Shown: positions 16,430 through 34,500, numbered from the stretch's first letter. The stretch: DNA of 64,000 nucleotides from Eledone cirrhosa (GCA_964016885.1 OZ024748.1:40362001-40426000); one strand, 5' to 3'. Numbers and translations: made by a program. Notes: a model not told the origin generated them from the letters alone.

Positions 16430-19400
16430 ATAGACCATACATATAGATCTTGTATAGACCATACATATAGATCTTGTATATAGACCATATATATAGATCT
16501 TGTATAGACCATACATATAGATCTTGTGTATAGACCATACATATAGATCTTGTATAGATCATACATATAAATCTTGTATAGACCATACATATAGATCTTG
16601 TATAGACCACACATATATATCTTGTATAGACCATACATATAGATCTTGTGTATAGACCATACATATAGATCTTGTATAGACCATACATATAGATCTTGTA
16701 TATAGACCATACATATAGATCTTGTATAGACCATACATATAGATCTTGTATAGACCATACATATAGATCTTGTGTATAGACCATACATATAGATCTTGTA
16801 TAGATCATACATATAGATCTTGTATATAGACCATACATATAGATCTTGTATATAGACCACACATATAGATCTTGTATACACCATACATATAGATCTTGTA
16901 TAGACCATACATATAGATCTTGTGTATAGACCACACATATAGATCTTGTATATAGACTATACATATAGATCTTGTATATAGACCACACATATAGATCTTG
17001 TGTTGACCATACATATAGATCTTGTAAATAGACCATACATATAGATCTTGTGTATAGACCATACATATAGATCTTGTATAGACCATACATATAGATCTTG
17101 TATAGACCACACATATAGATCTTCTATAGACCACACATATAGATCTTGTATAGACCACACATATAGATCTTGTATATAGACGATACATATAGATCTTGTA
17201 TAGACCATACATATAGATCTTGTATAGACCACACATATACATCTTGTATAGACCATACATATAGATATTGTATAGACCACACATATAGATCTTGTATATA
17301 GACCATACATATAGATCTTGTATAGACCATACATATAGATCTTGTGTATAGACCATACATATAGATCTTGTATATAGACCATACATATAGATCTTGTATA
17401 GACCATACATATAGATCTTGTATATAGACCATACATATAGATCTTGTATAGACCATACATATAGATCTTGTATATAGACCATGCATATAGATCTTGTATA
17501 GACCATACATATAGATCTTGTATATAGACCATACATATAGATCTTGTATATAGAACATACATATAGATCTTGTATAGACCATACATATAGATCTTGTATA
17601 GACCATACATATAGATCTTGTATAGACCATACATATAGATCTTGTATAGACTATAAATATAGATCTTGTATAGACCATACATATAGATCTTGTATAGACC
17701 ATACATATAGATCTTGTATAGACCATACATATAGATCTTGTATAGATCATACATATAAATCTTGTATAGACCATACATATAGATCTTGTATAGACCACAC
17801 ATATATATCTTGTATAGACCATACATATAGATCTTGTGTATAGACCATACATATAGATCTTGTATAGATCATACATATAGATCTTGTATATAGACCATAC
17901 ATATAGATCTTGTATATAGACCACACATATAGATCTTGTATAGACCATACATATAGATCTTGTATAGACCATACATATAGATCTTGTGCATAGACCACAC
18001 ATATAGATCTTGTATATAGACCATACATATAGATCTTGTATATAGACCACACATATAGATCTTGTGTTGACCATACATATAGATCTTGTAAATAGATCAT
18101 ACATATAGATCTTGTGTATAGACCATACATATAGATCTTGTATAGACCATACATATAGATCTTGTATAGACCACACATATAGATCTTCTATAGACCACAC
18201 ATATAGATCTTGTATAGACCACACATATAGATCTTGTATATAGACGATACATATAGATCTTGTATAGACCATACATATAGATCTTGTATAGACCACACAT
18301 ATACATCTTGTATAGACCATACATATAGATATTGTATAGACCAAACATATAGATCTTGTATATAGACCATACATATAGATCTTGTATAGACCATACATAT
18401 AGATCTTGTATAGACCATACATATAGACCTTGTATAGACCATACATATAGATCTTGTATAGACCATACATATAGATCTTGTATAGATCATACATATAGAT
18501 CTTGTATAGACCATACATATAGATCTTGTATAGACCACACATATATATCTTGTATAGACCATACATATAGATCTTGTGTATAGACCATACATAGAAGATC
18601 TTGTATAGACCATACATATAGATCTTGTATAGACCATACATATAGATGTTGTATAGACCACACATATAGATCTTGTATATAGATCATACATATAGATCTT
18701 GTATAGACCATACATATAGATCTTGTGTATAGACCATACATATACATCTTGTATAGACCATACATATAGATCTTGTGTATAGACCATACATATAGATCTT
18801 GTGTATAGACCATACATATAGATATTGTATATAGACCACACATATAGATATTGTGTATTGACCATACATATACTTCTTGTATAGACCATACATATAGATC
18901 TTGTATAGACCATACATATAGATCTTGTATATAGACCATACATATAGATCTTGTATAGACTATACATATAGACCTTGTATATAGACCATACATATAGATC
19001 TTGTATAGACCATACATATAGATCTTGTATAGACCATACATATAGATCTTGTATAGACCATACATATAGATCTTGTATAGACCATACATATAGATCTTGT
19101 ATATAGACCATACATATAGATCTTGTATAGACCATACCTATAGATCTTGTATATAGACCATACATATAGATCTTGTATAGACCATACATATAGATCTTGT
19201 ATATAGACCATACATATAGATCTTGTATAGACCATACATATAGATCTTGTATATAGACCATACATATAGATCTTTTATAGACCATACATATAGATCTTGT
19301 ATATAGACCATGCATATAGATCTTGTATAGACCATACATATAGATCTTGTATATAGACCATACATATAGATCTTGTATATAGAACATACATATAGATCTT

Positions 19401-22400
19401 GTATAGACCATACATATAGATCTTGTATAGACCATACATATAGATCTTGTATAGACCATACATATAGATCTTGTATAGACCATACATATAGATCTTGTAT
19501 AGACCATACATATAGATCTTGTATAGGCCATACATATAGATCTTGTATAGACCATACATATAGATCTTGTATAGATCATACATATAAATCTTGTATAGAC
19601 CATACATATAGATCTTGTATAGACCACACATATATATCTTGTATAGACCATACATATAGATCTTGTGTATAGACCATACATATAGATCTTGTATAGACCA
19701 TACATATAGATCTTGTATATAGACCATACATATAGATCTTGTATAGACCATACATATAGATCTTGTATAGACCATACATATAGATCTTGTATATAGTCCA
19801 TACATATAGATCTTGTATAGACCATACATATAGATCTTGTATAGACCATACATATAGATCTTGTATAGACCATACATATAGATCTTGTATAGACCACACA
19901 TATAGATCTTGTATATAGACCACACATATAGATCTTGTATAGACCATACATATAGATCTTGTATAGACCATACATATAGATCTTGTGTATAGACCATACA
20001 TATAGATCTTGTGTATAGACCACACATATAGATCTTGTATAGACCATACATATAGATCTTGTATATAGACCACACATATAGATCTTGTATATGGACCACA
20101 CATATAGATCTTGTATAGACCATACATATAGATCTTGTATAGACCATACATATAGATCTTGTGTATAGACCACACATATAGATCTTGTATATAGACCATA
20201 CATATAGATCTTGTATATAGACCACACATATAGATCTTGTGTTGACCATACATATAGATCTTGTAAATAGACTATACATATAGATCTTGTGTATAGACCA
20301 TACATATAGATCTTGTATAGACAATACATATAGATCTTGTATAGACCACACATATAGATCTTCTATAGACCACACATATAGATCTTGTATAGACCACACA
20401 TATAGATCTTGTGTATAGACCATACATATAGATCTTGTATAGACCACACATATAGATCTTGTATATAGACCATACACATAGATCTTGTATAGACCATACA
20501 TATAGATCTTGTATAGACCATACATATAGATCTTGTATATAGACCATACATATAGATCTGGTATAGACCATACATATAGATCTTGTGTATAGACCATACA
20601 TATAGATCTTGTGTATAGACCATACATATAGATATTGTATATAGACCACACATATAGATATTGTGTATAGACCATACATATACATCTTGTATAGACCATA
20701 CATATAGATCTTGTATAGACCATACATATAGATCTTGTATATAGACCATACATATAGATCTTGTATATAGACCATACATATAGATCTGGTATAGACCATA
20801 CATATAGATCTTGTGTATAGACCATACATATAGATCTTGTGTATAGACCATACATATAGATATTGTATATAGACCACACATATAGATATTGTGTATAGAC
20901 CATACATATACATCTTGTATAGACCATACATATAGATCTTGTATAGACCATACATATAGATCTTGTATATAGACCATACATATAGATCTTGTATAGACTA
21001 TACATATAGATCTTGTATATAGACCATACATATAGATCTTGTATAGACCATACATATAAATCTTGTATAGACCATACATATAGATCTTGTATAGACCACA
21101 CATATATATCTTGTATAGACCATACATATAGATCTTGTGTATAGACCATACATATAGATCTTGTATAGACCATACATATAGATCTTGTATATAGACCATA
21201 TATATAGATCTTGTATAGACCATACATATAGATCTTGTGTATAGACCATACATATAGATCTTGTATAGATCATACATATAAATCTTGTATAAACCATACA
21301 TATAGATCTTGTATAGACCACACATATATATCTTGTATAGACCATACATATAGATCTTGTGTATAGACCATACATATAGATCTTGTATAGACCATACATA
21401 TAGATCTTGTATATAGACCATACATATAGATCTTGTATAGACCATACATATAGATCTTGTATAGACCATACATATAGATCTTGTGTATAGACCATACATA
21501 TAGATCTTGTATAGATCATACATATAGATCTTGTATATAGACCATACATATAGATCTTGTATATAGACCACACATATAGATCTTGTATACACCATACATA
21601 TAGATCTTGTATAGACCATACATATAGATCTTGTGTATAGACCACACATATAGATCTTGTATATAGACTATACATATAGATCTTGTATATAGACCACACA
21701 TATAGATCTTGTGTTGACCATACATATAGATCTTGTAAATAGACCATACATATAGATCTTGTGTATAGACCATACATATAGATCTTGTATAGACCATACA
21801 TATAGATCTTGTATAGACCACACATATAGATCTTCTATAGACCACACATATAGATCTTGTATAGACCACACATATAGATCTTGTATATAGACGATACATA
21901 TAGATCTTGTATAGACCATACATATAGATCTTGTATAGACCACACATATACATCTTGTATAGACCATACATATAGATATTGTATAGACCACACATATAGA
22001 TCTTGTATATAGACCATACATATAGATCTTGTATAGACCATACATATAGATCTTGTGTATAGACCATACATATAGATCTTGTATATAGACCATACATATA
22101 GATCTTGTATAGACCATACATATAGATCTTGTATATAGACCATACATATAGATCTTGTATAGACCATACATATAGATCTTGTATATAGACCATGCATATA
22201 GATCTTGTATAGACCATACATATAGATCTTGTATATAGACCATACATATAGATCTTGTATATAGAACATACATATAGATCTTGTATAGACCATACATATA
22301 GATCTTGTATAGACCATACATATAGATCTTGTATAGACCATACATATAGATCTTGTATAGACTATAAATATAGATCTTGTATAGACCATACATATAGATC

Positions 22401-25400
22401 TTGTATAGACCATACATATAGATCTTGTATAGACCATACATATAGATCTTGTATAGATCATACATATAAATCTTGTATAGACCATACATATAGATCTTGT
22501 ATAGACCACACATATATATCTTGTATAGACCATACATATAGATCTTGTGTATAGACCATACATATAGATCTTGTATAGATCATACATATAGATCTTGTAT
22601 ATAGACCATACATATAGATCTTGTATATAGACCACACATATAGATCTTGTATAGACCATACATATAGATCTTGTATAGACCATACATATAGATCTTGTGC
22701 ATAGACCACACATATAGATCTTGTATATAGACCATACATATAGATCTTGTATATAGACCACACATATAGATCTTGTGTTGACCATACATATAGATCTTGT
22801 AAATAGATCATACATATAGATCTTGTGTATAGACCATACATATAGATCTTGTATAGACCATACATATAGATCTTGTATAGACCACACATATAGATCTTCT
22901 ATAGACCACACATATAGATCTTGTATAGACCACACATATAGATCTTGTATATAGACGATACATATAGATCTTGTATAGACCATACATATAGATCTTGTAT
23001 AGACCACACATATACATCTTGTATAGACCATACATATAGATATTGTATAGACCAAACATATAGATCTTGTATATAGACCATACATATAGATCTTGTATAG
23101 ACCATACATATAGATCTTGTGTATAGACCATACATATACATCTTGTATAGAACATACATATAGATCTTGTATATAGACCATACATACAGATATTGTATAG
23201 ACCATACATATAGATCTTGTATAGACCATACATATAGATCTTGTATAGACCATACATATAGACCTTGTATAGACCATACATATAGATCTTGTATAGACCA
23301 TACATATAGATCTTGTATAGATCATACATATAGATCTTGTATAGACCATACATATAGATCTTGTATAGACCACACATATATATCTTGTATAGACCATACA
23401 TATAGATCTTGTGTATAGACCATACATAGAAGATCTTGTATAGACCATACATATAGATCTTGTATAGACCATACATATAGATGTTGTATAGACCACACAT
23501 ATAGATCTTGTATATAGACCATACATATAGATCTTGTATAGACCATACATATAGATCTTGTGTATAGACCATACATATACATCTTGTATAGACCATACAT
23601 ATAGATCTTGTGTATAGACCATACATATAGATCTTGTGTATAGACCATACATATAGATATTGTATATAGACCACACATATAGATATTGTGTATTGACCAT
23701 ACATATACTTCTTGTATAGACCATACATATAGATCTTGTATAGACCATACATATAGATCTTGTATATAGACCATACATATAGATCTTGTATAGACTATAC
23801 ATATAGACCTTGTATATAGACCATACATATAGATCTTGTATAGACCATACATATAGATCTTGTATAGACCATACATATAGATCTTGTATAGACCATACAT
23901 ATAGATCTTGTATAGACCATACATATAGATCTTGTATATAGACCATACATATAGATCTTGTATAGACCATACCTATAGATCTTGTATATAGACCATACAT
24001 ATAGATCTTGTATAGACCATACATATAGATCTTGTATATAGACCATACATATAGATCTTGTATAGACCATACATATAGATCTTGTATATAGACCATACAT
24101 ATAGATCTTGTATAGACCATACATATAGATCTTGTATATAGACCATGCATATAGATCTTGTATAGACCATACATATAGATCTTGTATATAGACCATACAT
24201 ATAGATCTTGTATATAGAACATACATATAGATCTTGTATAGACCATACATATAGATCTTGTATAGACCATACATATAGATCTTGTATAGACCATACATAT
24301 AGATCTTGTATAGACCATACATATAGATCTTGTATAGACCATACATATAGATCTTGTATAGGCCATACATATAGATCTTGTATAGACCATACATATAGAT
24401 CTTGTATAGATCATACATATAAATCTTGTATAGACCATACATATAGATCTTGTATAGACCACACATATATATCTTGTATAGACCATACATATAGATCTTG
24501 TGTATAGACCATACATATAGATCTTGTATAGACCATACATATAGATCTTGTATATAGACCATACATATAGATCTTGTATAGACCATACATATAGATCTTG
24601 TATAGACCATACATATAGATCTTGTATATAGTCCATACATATAGATCTTGTATAGACCATACATATAGATCTTGTATAGACCATACATATAGATCTTGTA
24701 TAGACCATACATATAGATCTTGTATAGACCACACATATAGATCTTGTATATAGACCACACATATAGATCTTGTATAGACCATACATATAGATCTTGTATA
24801 GACCATACATATAGATCTTGTGTATAGACCATACATATAGATCTTGTGTATAGACCACACATATAGATCTTGTATAGACCATACATATAGATCTTGTATT
24901 TAGACCACACATATAGATCTTGTATATGGACCACACATATAGATCTTGTATAGACCATACATATAGATCTTGTATAGACCATACATATAGATCTTGTGTA
25001 TAGACCACACATATAGATCTTGTATATAGACCATACATATAGATCTTGTATATAGACCACACATATAGATCTTGTGTTGACCATACATATAGATCTTGTA
25101 AATAGACTATACATATAGATCTTGTGTATAGACCATACATATAGATCTTGTATAGACAATACATATAGATCTTGTATAGACCACACATATAGATCTTCTA
25201 TAGACCACACATATAGATCTTGTATAGACCACACATATAGATCTTGTGTATAGACCATACATATAGATCTTGTATAGACCACACATATAGATCTTGTATA
25301 TAGACCATACACATAGATCTTGTATAGACCATACATATAGATCTTGTATAGACCATACATATAGATCTTGTATATAGACCATACATATAGATCTGGTATA

Positions 25401-25600
25401 GACCATACATATAGATCTTGTGTATAGACCATACATATAGATCTTGTGTATAGACCATACATATAGATATTGTATATAGACCACACATATAGATATTGTG
25501 TATAGACCATACATATACATCTTGTATAGACCATACATATAGATCTTGTATAGACCATACATATAGATCTTGTATATAGACCATACATATAGATCTTGTA
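16430..25600. repeat. Tandem block duplication of about 4.7-4.8 kb (offset 4711 bp, becoming 4835 bp after about 18.36 kb)
   Basis: ORF pairs 16559/21270, 16805/21516 and 17544/22255 give 4711. Pairs 18487/23322, 19373/24208 and 20363/25198 give 4835. Shared private markers include gactataaat, gtgcatagacc, ccaaacat and gtatacacc. Confidence 0.88.
20530..20985. repeat. Local 228-bp tandem duplication (about 9 monomers)
   Basis: The rare agatctGgta variant occurs at about 20560 and 20788. Each is followed by the same gatattg / gatattgtg / tacatc series. Confidence 0.85.
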
Positions 25601-28519
25601 TAGACTATACATATAGATCTTGTATATAGACCATACATATAGATCTTGTATAGACCATACATATAGATCTTGTATAGACCATACATATAGATCTTGTATA
25701 GACCATACATATAGATCTTGTATATAGACCATACATATAGATCTTGTATAGATCACACATATAGATCTTGTATATAGACCACACATATAGATCTTGTATA
25801 GACCATACATATAAATCTTGTATAGACCATACATATAGATCTTGTGTATAGACCATACATATAGATCTTGTGTATAGACCACACATATAGATCTTGTATA
25901 GACCATACATATAGATCTTGTATATAGACCACACATATAGATCTTGTGTATAGACCATACATATAGATATTGTGTAGACCACACATATAGATCTTGTATA
26001 TAGACCACACATATAGATCTTGTATAGACCATACATATAGATCTTGTATAGACCATACATATAGATCTTGTGTATAGACCACACATATAGATCTTGTATA
26101 TAGACCATACATATAGATCTTGTATATAGACCACACATATAGTTCTTGTGTAGACCATACATATAGATCTTGTAAATAGACCATACATATAGATCTTGTG
26201 TATAGACCATACATATAGATCTTGTATAGACCATACATATAGATCTTGTATAGACCACACATATAGATATTGTATATAGACCATACATATAGATCTTGTA
26301 TAGACCATACATATAGATCTTGTATAGACCATACATATAGATCTTGTATAGACCATACATATAGATCTTGTATAGACCACACATATATATCTTGTATAGA
26401 CCATACATATAGATCTTGTGTATAGACCATACATATAAATCTTGTATAGACCATACATATAGATTTTGTATAGACCACACATATAGATCTTGTATAGACC
26501 ATACATATAGATCTTGTGTATAGACCATACATATACATCTTGTATAGACCATATATATAGATCTTGTATAGACCATACATATAGATCTTGTATAGACCAC
26601 ACATATAGATCTTGTATAGACCATACATATAGATCTTGTGTATAGACCATACATATAGATCTTGTATAGACCACACATATAGATCTTTTATATAGACCAT
26701 ACATATAGATCTTGTATAGACCATACATATAGATCTTGTGTATAGACCATACATATAGATCTTGTATAGACCATACATATAGATCTTGTATATAGACCAT
26801 ATATATAGATCTTGTATAGACCATACATATAGATCTTGTGTATAGACCATACATATAGATATTGTATAGACCATACATATAGATATTGTATATAGACCAT
26901 ACATATAGATCTTGTATAGACCACACATATAGATATTGTGTAGACCACACATATACATATTGTATAGACCATACATATAGATCTTGTATAGACAATACAT
27001 ATAGATCTTGTATAGACCACACATATAGATCTTGTATATAGACCACACATATAGATCTTGTATAGACCATACATATAGATCTTTTATAGACCATACATAT
27101 AGATCTTGTGTATAGACCATACATATAGATCTTGTGTATAGACCACACATATAGATCTTGTATAGACCATACATATAGATCTTGTATATAGACCACACAT
27201 ATAGATCTTGTGTAGACCATACATATAGATCTTGTAAATAGACCATACATATAGATCTTGTGTATAGACCATACATATAGATCTTGTATAGACCATACAT
27301 ATAGATCTTGTGTATAGACCACACATATAGATCTTGTATATCGACCATACATATAGATCTTGTATATAGACCACACATATAGATCTTGTGTAGACCATAC
27401 ATATAGATCTTGTAAATAGACGATACATATAGATCTTGTATATAGACCACTCATATAGATCTTGTGTATAGACCATACATATAGATATTGTGTAGACCAC
27501 ACATATAGATCTTGTATATAGACCACACATATAGATCTTGTATAGACCATACATATAGATCTTGTATAGACCATACATATAGATCTTGTGTATAGACCAC
27601 ACATATAGATCTTGTATATAGACCATACATATAGATCTTGTATATAGACCACACATATAGATCTTGTGTAGACCATACATATAGATCTTGTAAATAGACC
27701 ATACATATAGATCTTGTGTATAGACCATACATATAGATCTTGTATAGACCATACATATAGATCTTGTATAGACCACACATATAGATCTTGTATAGACCAC
27801 ACATATAGATATTGTATATAGACCATACGTATAGATCTTGTATAGCCCATACATATAGATCTTGTATAGACCATACATATAGATCTTGTATAGGCCACAC
27901 ATATAGATCTTGTATAGACCACACATATAGATCTTGTATAGACCATACATATAGATCTTGTATAGACCACACATATAGATCTTGTATATAGACCATACAT
28001 ATAGATCTTGTATAGACCATACATATATATCTTGTGTATAGACCATACATATACATCTTGTATAGACCATACATATAGATCTTGTATAGACCATACATAT
28101 AGATCTTGTATAGACCACACATATATATCTTGTATAGACCATACATATAGATCTTGTGTATAGACCATACATATAGATCTTGTATAGACGATACATATAG
28201 AACTTGTATATAGACCATACATATAGATCTTGTATAGACCACACATATAGATCTTGTATATAGACCATACATATAGATCTTGTATAGACCATACATATAG
28301 ATCTTGTATAGACCACACATATAGATCTTGTATATAGACCATACATATGGATCTTGTATAGACCATACATATAGATCTTGTGTATAGACCATACATATAG
28401 ATCTTGTATAGACCACACATATATATCTTGTATAGACCATACATATAGATCTTCTATAGACCACACATATAGATCTTGTATAGACCACACATATAGATCT
28501 TGTATATAGACGATACATA

Positions 28520-31500
28520 TAGATCTTGTATAGACCATACATATAGATCTTGTATAGACCACACATATACATCTTGTATAGACCATACATATAGATATTG
28601 TATAGACCACACATATAGATCTTGTATATAGACCATACATATAGATCTTGTATAGACCATACATATAGATCTTGTGTATAGACCATACATATACATCTTG
28701 TATAGAACATACATATAGATCTTGGATATAGACCATACATACAGATATTGTATAGACCATACATATAGATCTTGTATAGACCATACATATAGATCTTGTA
28801 TAGACCATACATATAGACCTTGTATAGACCATACATATAGATCTTGTATAGACCATACATATAGATCTTGTATAGACCACACATATATATCTTGTATAGA
28901 CCATACATATAGATCTTGTGTATAGACCATACATAGAAGATCTTGTATAGACCATACATATAGATCTTGTATATAGACCATACATATAGATCTTGTATAG
29001 ACCACACATATAGATCTTGTATATAGACCATACATATAGATTTTGTATAGACCACACATATAGATCTTGTATATAGACCATACATATAGATCTTGTATAG
29101 ACCATACATATAGATATTGTATAGAACACACATATAGATCTTGTATATAGACCATACATATAGATCTTGTATAGACCATACATATAGATCTTGTGTATAG
29201 ACCATACATATACATCTTGTATAGACCATACATATAGATCTTGTGTATAGACCATACATATAGATCTTGTGTATAGACCATACATATAGATATTGTATAT
29301 AGACCACACATATAGATATTGTGTATTGACCATACATATACTTCTTGTATAGACCATACATATAGATCTTGTATAGACCATACATATAGATCTTGTATAT
29401 CGACCATACATATAGATCTTGTATAGACTATACATATAGACCTTGTATATAGACCATACATATAGATCTTGTATAGACCATACATATAGATCTTGTATAG
29501 ACCATACATATAGATCTTGTATAGACCATACATATAGATCTTGTATAGACCATACATATAGATCTTGTATATAGACCATACATATAGATCTTGTATAGAC
29601 CATACCTATAGATCTTGTATATAGACCATACATATAGATCTTGTATAGACCATACATATAGATCTTGTATATAGACCATACATATAGATCTTGTATAGAC
29701 CATACATATAGATCTTGTATATAGACCATACATATAGATCTTGTATAGACCATACATATAGATCTTGTATATAGACCAGGCATATAGATCTTGTATAGAC
29801 CATACATATAGATCTTGTATATAGACCATACATATAGATCTTGTATATAGAACATACATATAGATCTTGTATAGACCATACATATAGATCTTGTATAGAC
29901 CATACATATAGATCTTGTATAGACCATACATATAGATCTTGTATAGACCATACATATAGATCTTGTATAGACCATACATATAGATCTTGTATAGGCCATA
30001 CATATAGATCTTGTATAGACCATACATATAGATCTTGTATAGATCATACATATAAATCTTGTATAGACCATACATATAGATCTTGTATAGACCACACATA
30101 TATATCTTGTATAGACCATACATATAGATCTTGTGTATAGACCATACATATAGATCTTGTATAGACCATACATATAGATCTTGTATATAGACCATACATA
30201 TAGATCTTGTATAGACCATACATATAGATCTTGTATAGACCATACATATAGATCTTGTATATAGTCCATACATATAGATCTTGTATAGACCATACATATA
30301 GATCTTGTATAGACCATACATATAGATCTTGTATAGACCATACATATAGATCTTGTATAGACCACACATATAGATCTTGTATATAGACCACACATATAGA
30401 TCTTGTATAGACCATACATATAGATCTTGTATAGACCATACATATAGATCTTGTGTATAGACCATACATATAGATCTTGTGTATAGACCACACATATAGA
30501 TCTTGTATAGACCATACATATAGATCTTGTATATAGACCACACATATAGATCTTGTATATGGACCACACATATAGATCTTGTATAGACCATACATATAGA
30601 TCTTGTATAGACCATTCATATAGATCTTGTGTATAGACCACACATATAGATCTTGTATATAGACCATACATATAGATCTTGTATATAGACCACACATATA
30701 GATCTTGTGTTGACCATACATATAGATCTTGTAAATAGACCATACATATAGATCTTGTGTATAGACCATACATATAGATCTTGTATAGACAATACATATA
30801 GATCTTGTATAGACCACACATATAGATCTTCTATAGACCACACATATAGATCTTGTATAGACCACACATATAGATCTTGTGTATAGACCATACATATAGA
30901 TCTTGTATAGACCACACATATAGATCTTGTATATAGACCATACACATAGATCTTGTATAGACCATACATATAGATCTTGTATAGACCATACATATAGATC
31001 TTGTATATAGACCATACATATAGATCTGGTATAGACCATACATATAGATCTTGTGTATAGACCATACATATAGATCTTGTGTATAGACCATACATATAGA
31101 TATTGTATATAGACCACACATATAGATATTGTGTATAGACCATACATATACATCTTGTATAGACCATACATATAGATCTTGTATAGACCATACATATAGA
31201 TCTTGTATATAGACCATACATATAGATCTTGTATAGACGATACATATAGATCTTGTATATAGACCATACATATAGATCTTGTATAGACCATACATATAGA
31301 TCTTGTATAGACCATACATATAGATCTTGTATAGACCATACATATAGATCTTGTATATAGACCATACATATAGATCTTGTATAGACCACACATATAGATC
31401 TTGTATATAGACCACACATATAGATCTTGTATAGACCATACATATAAATCTTGTATAGACCATACATATAGATCTTGTGTATAGACCATACATATAGATC

Positions 31501-34500
31501 TTGTGTATAGACCACACATATAGATCTTGTATAGACCATACATATAGATCTTGTATATAGACCACACATATAGATCTTGTGTATAGACCATACATATAGA
31601 TATTGTGTAGACCACACATATAGATCTTGTATATAGACCACACATATAGATCTTGTATAGACCATACATATAGATCTTGTATAGACCATACATATAGATC
31701 TTGTGTATAGACCACACATATAGATCTTGTATATAGACCATACATATAGATCTTGTATATAGACCACACATATAGTTCTTGTGTAGACCATACATATAGA
31801 TCTTGTAAATAGACCATACATATAGATCTTGTGTATAGACCATACATATAGATCTTGTATAGACCATACATATAGATCTTGTATAGACCACACATATAGA
31901 TCTTGTATAGACCACACATATAGATATTGTATATAGACCATACATATAGATCTTGTATAGACCATACATATAGATCTTGTATAGACCACACATATACATC
32001 TTGTATAGACCATACATATAGATATTGTATAGACCACACATATAGATCTTGTATATAGACCATACATATAGATCTTGTATAGACCATACATATAGATCTT
32101 GTGTATAGACCATACATATACATCTTGTATAGAACATACATATAGATCTTGGATATAGACCATACATACAGATATTGTATAGACCATACATATAGATCTT
32201 GTATAGACCATACATATAGATCTTGTATAGACCATACATATAGACCTTGTATAGACCATACATATAGATCTTGTATAGACCATACATATAGATCTTGTAT
32301 AGACCACACATATATATCTTGTATAGACCATACATATAGATCTTGTGTATAGACCATACATAGAAGATCTTGTATAGACCATACATATAGATCTTGTATA
32401 TAGACCATACATATAGATCTTGTATAGACCACACATATAGATCTTGTATATAGACCATACATATAGATTTTGTATAGACCACACATATAGATCTTGTATA
32501 TAGACCATACATATAGATCTTGTATAGACCATACATATAGATATTGTATAGAACACACATATAGATCTTGTATATAGACCATACATATAGATCTTGTATA
32601 GACCATACATATAGATCTTGTGTATAGACCATACATATACATCTTGTATAGACCATACATATAGATCTTGTGTATAGACCATACATATAGATCTTGTGTA
32701 TAGACCATACATATAGATATTGTATATAGACCACACATATAGATATTGTGTATTGACCATACATATACTTCTTGTATAGACCATACATATAGATCTTGTA
32801 TAGACCATACATATAGATCTTGTATATCGACCATACATATAGATCTTGTATAGACTATACATATAGACCTTGTATATAGACCATACATATAGATCTTGTA
32901 TAGACCATACATATAGATCTTGTATAGACCATACATATAGATCTTGTATAGACCATACATATAGATCTTGTATAGACCATACATATAGATCTTGTATATA
33001 GACCATACATATAGATCTTGTATAGACCATACCTATAGATCTTGTATATAGACCATACATATAGATCTTGTATAGACCATACATATAGATCTTGTATATA
33101 GACCATACATATAGATCTTGTATAGACCATACATATAGATCTTGTATATAGACCATACATATAGATCTTGTATAGACCATACATATAGATCTTGTATATA
33201 GACCAGGCATATAGATCTTGTATAGACCATACATATAGATCTTGTATATAGACCATACATATAGATCTTGTATATAGAACATACATATAGATCTTGTATA
33301 GACCATACATATAGATCTTGTATAGACCATACATATAGATCTTGTATAGACCATACATATAGATCTTGTATAGACCATACATATAGATCTTGTATAGACC
33401 ATACATATAGATCTTGTATAGGCCATACATATAGATCTTGTATAGACCATACATATAGATCTTGTATAGATCATACATATAAATCTTGTATAGACCATAC
33501 ATATAGATCTTGTATAGACCACACATATATATCTTGTATAGACCATACATATAGATCTTGTGTATAGACCATACATATAGATCTTGTATAGACCATACAT
33601 ATAGATCTTGTATATAGACCATACATATAGATCTTGTATAGACCATACATATAGATCTTGTATAGACCATACATATAGATCTTGTATATAGTCCATACAT
33701 ATAGATCTTGTATAGACCATACATATAGATCTTGTATAGACCATACATATAGATCTTGTATAGACCATACATATAGATCTTGTATAGACCACACATATAG
33801 ATCTTGTATATAGACCACACATATAGATCTTGTATAGACCATACATATAGATCTTGTATAGACCATACATATAGATCTTGTGTATAGACCATACATATAG
33901 ATCTTGTGTATAGACCACACATATAGATCTTGTATAGACCATACATATAGATCTTGTATATAGACCACACATATAGATCTTGTATATGGACCACACATAT
34001 AGATCTTGTATAGACCATACATATAGATCTTGTATAGACCATACATATAGATCTTGTGTATAGACCACACATATAGATCTTGTATATAGACCATACATAT
34101 AGATCTTGTATATAGACCACACATATAGATCTTGTGTTGACCATACATATAGATCTTGTAAATAGACCATACATATAGATCTTGTGTATAGACCATACAT
34201 ATAGATCTTGTATAGACAATACATATAGATCTTGTATAGACCACACATATAGATCTTCTATAGACCACACATATAGATCTTGTATAGACCACACATATAG
34301 ATCTTGTGTATAGACCATACATATAGATCTTGTATAGACCACACATATAGATCTTGTATATAGACCATACACATAGATCTTGTATAGACCATACATATAG
34401 ATCTTGTATAGACCATACATATAGATCTTGTATATAGACCATACATATAGATCTGGTATAGACCATACATATAGATCTTGTGTATAGACCATACATATAG

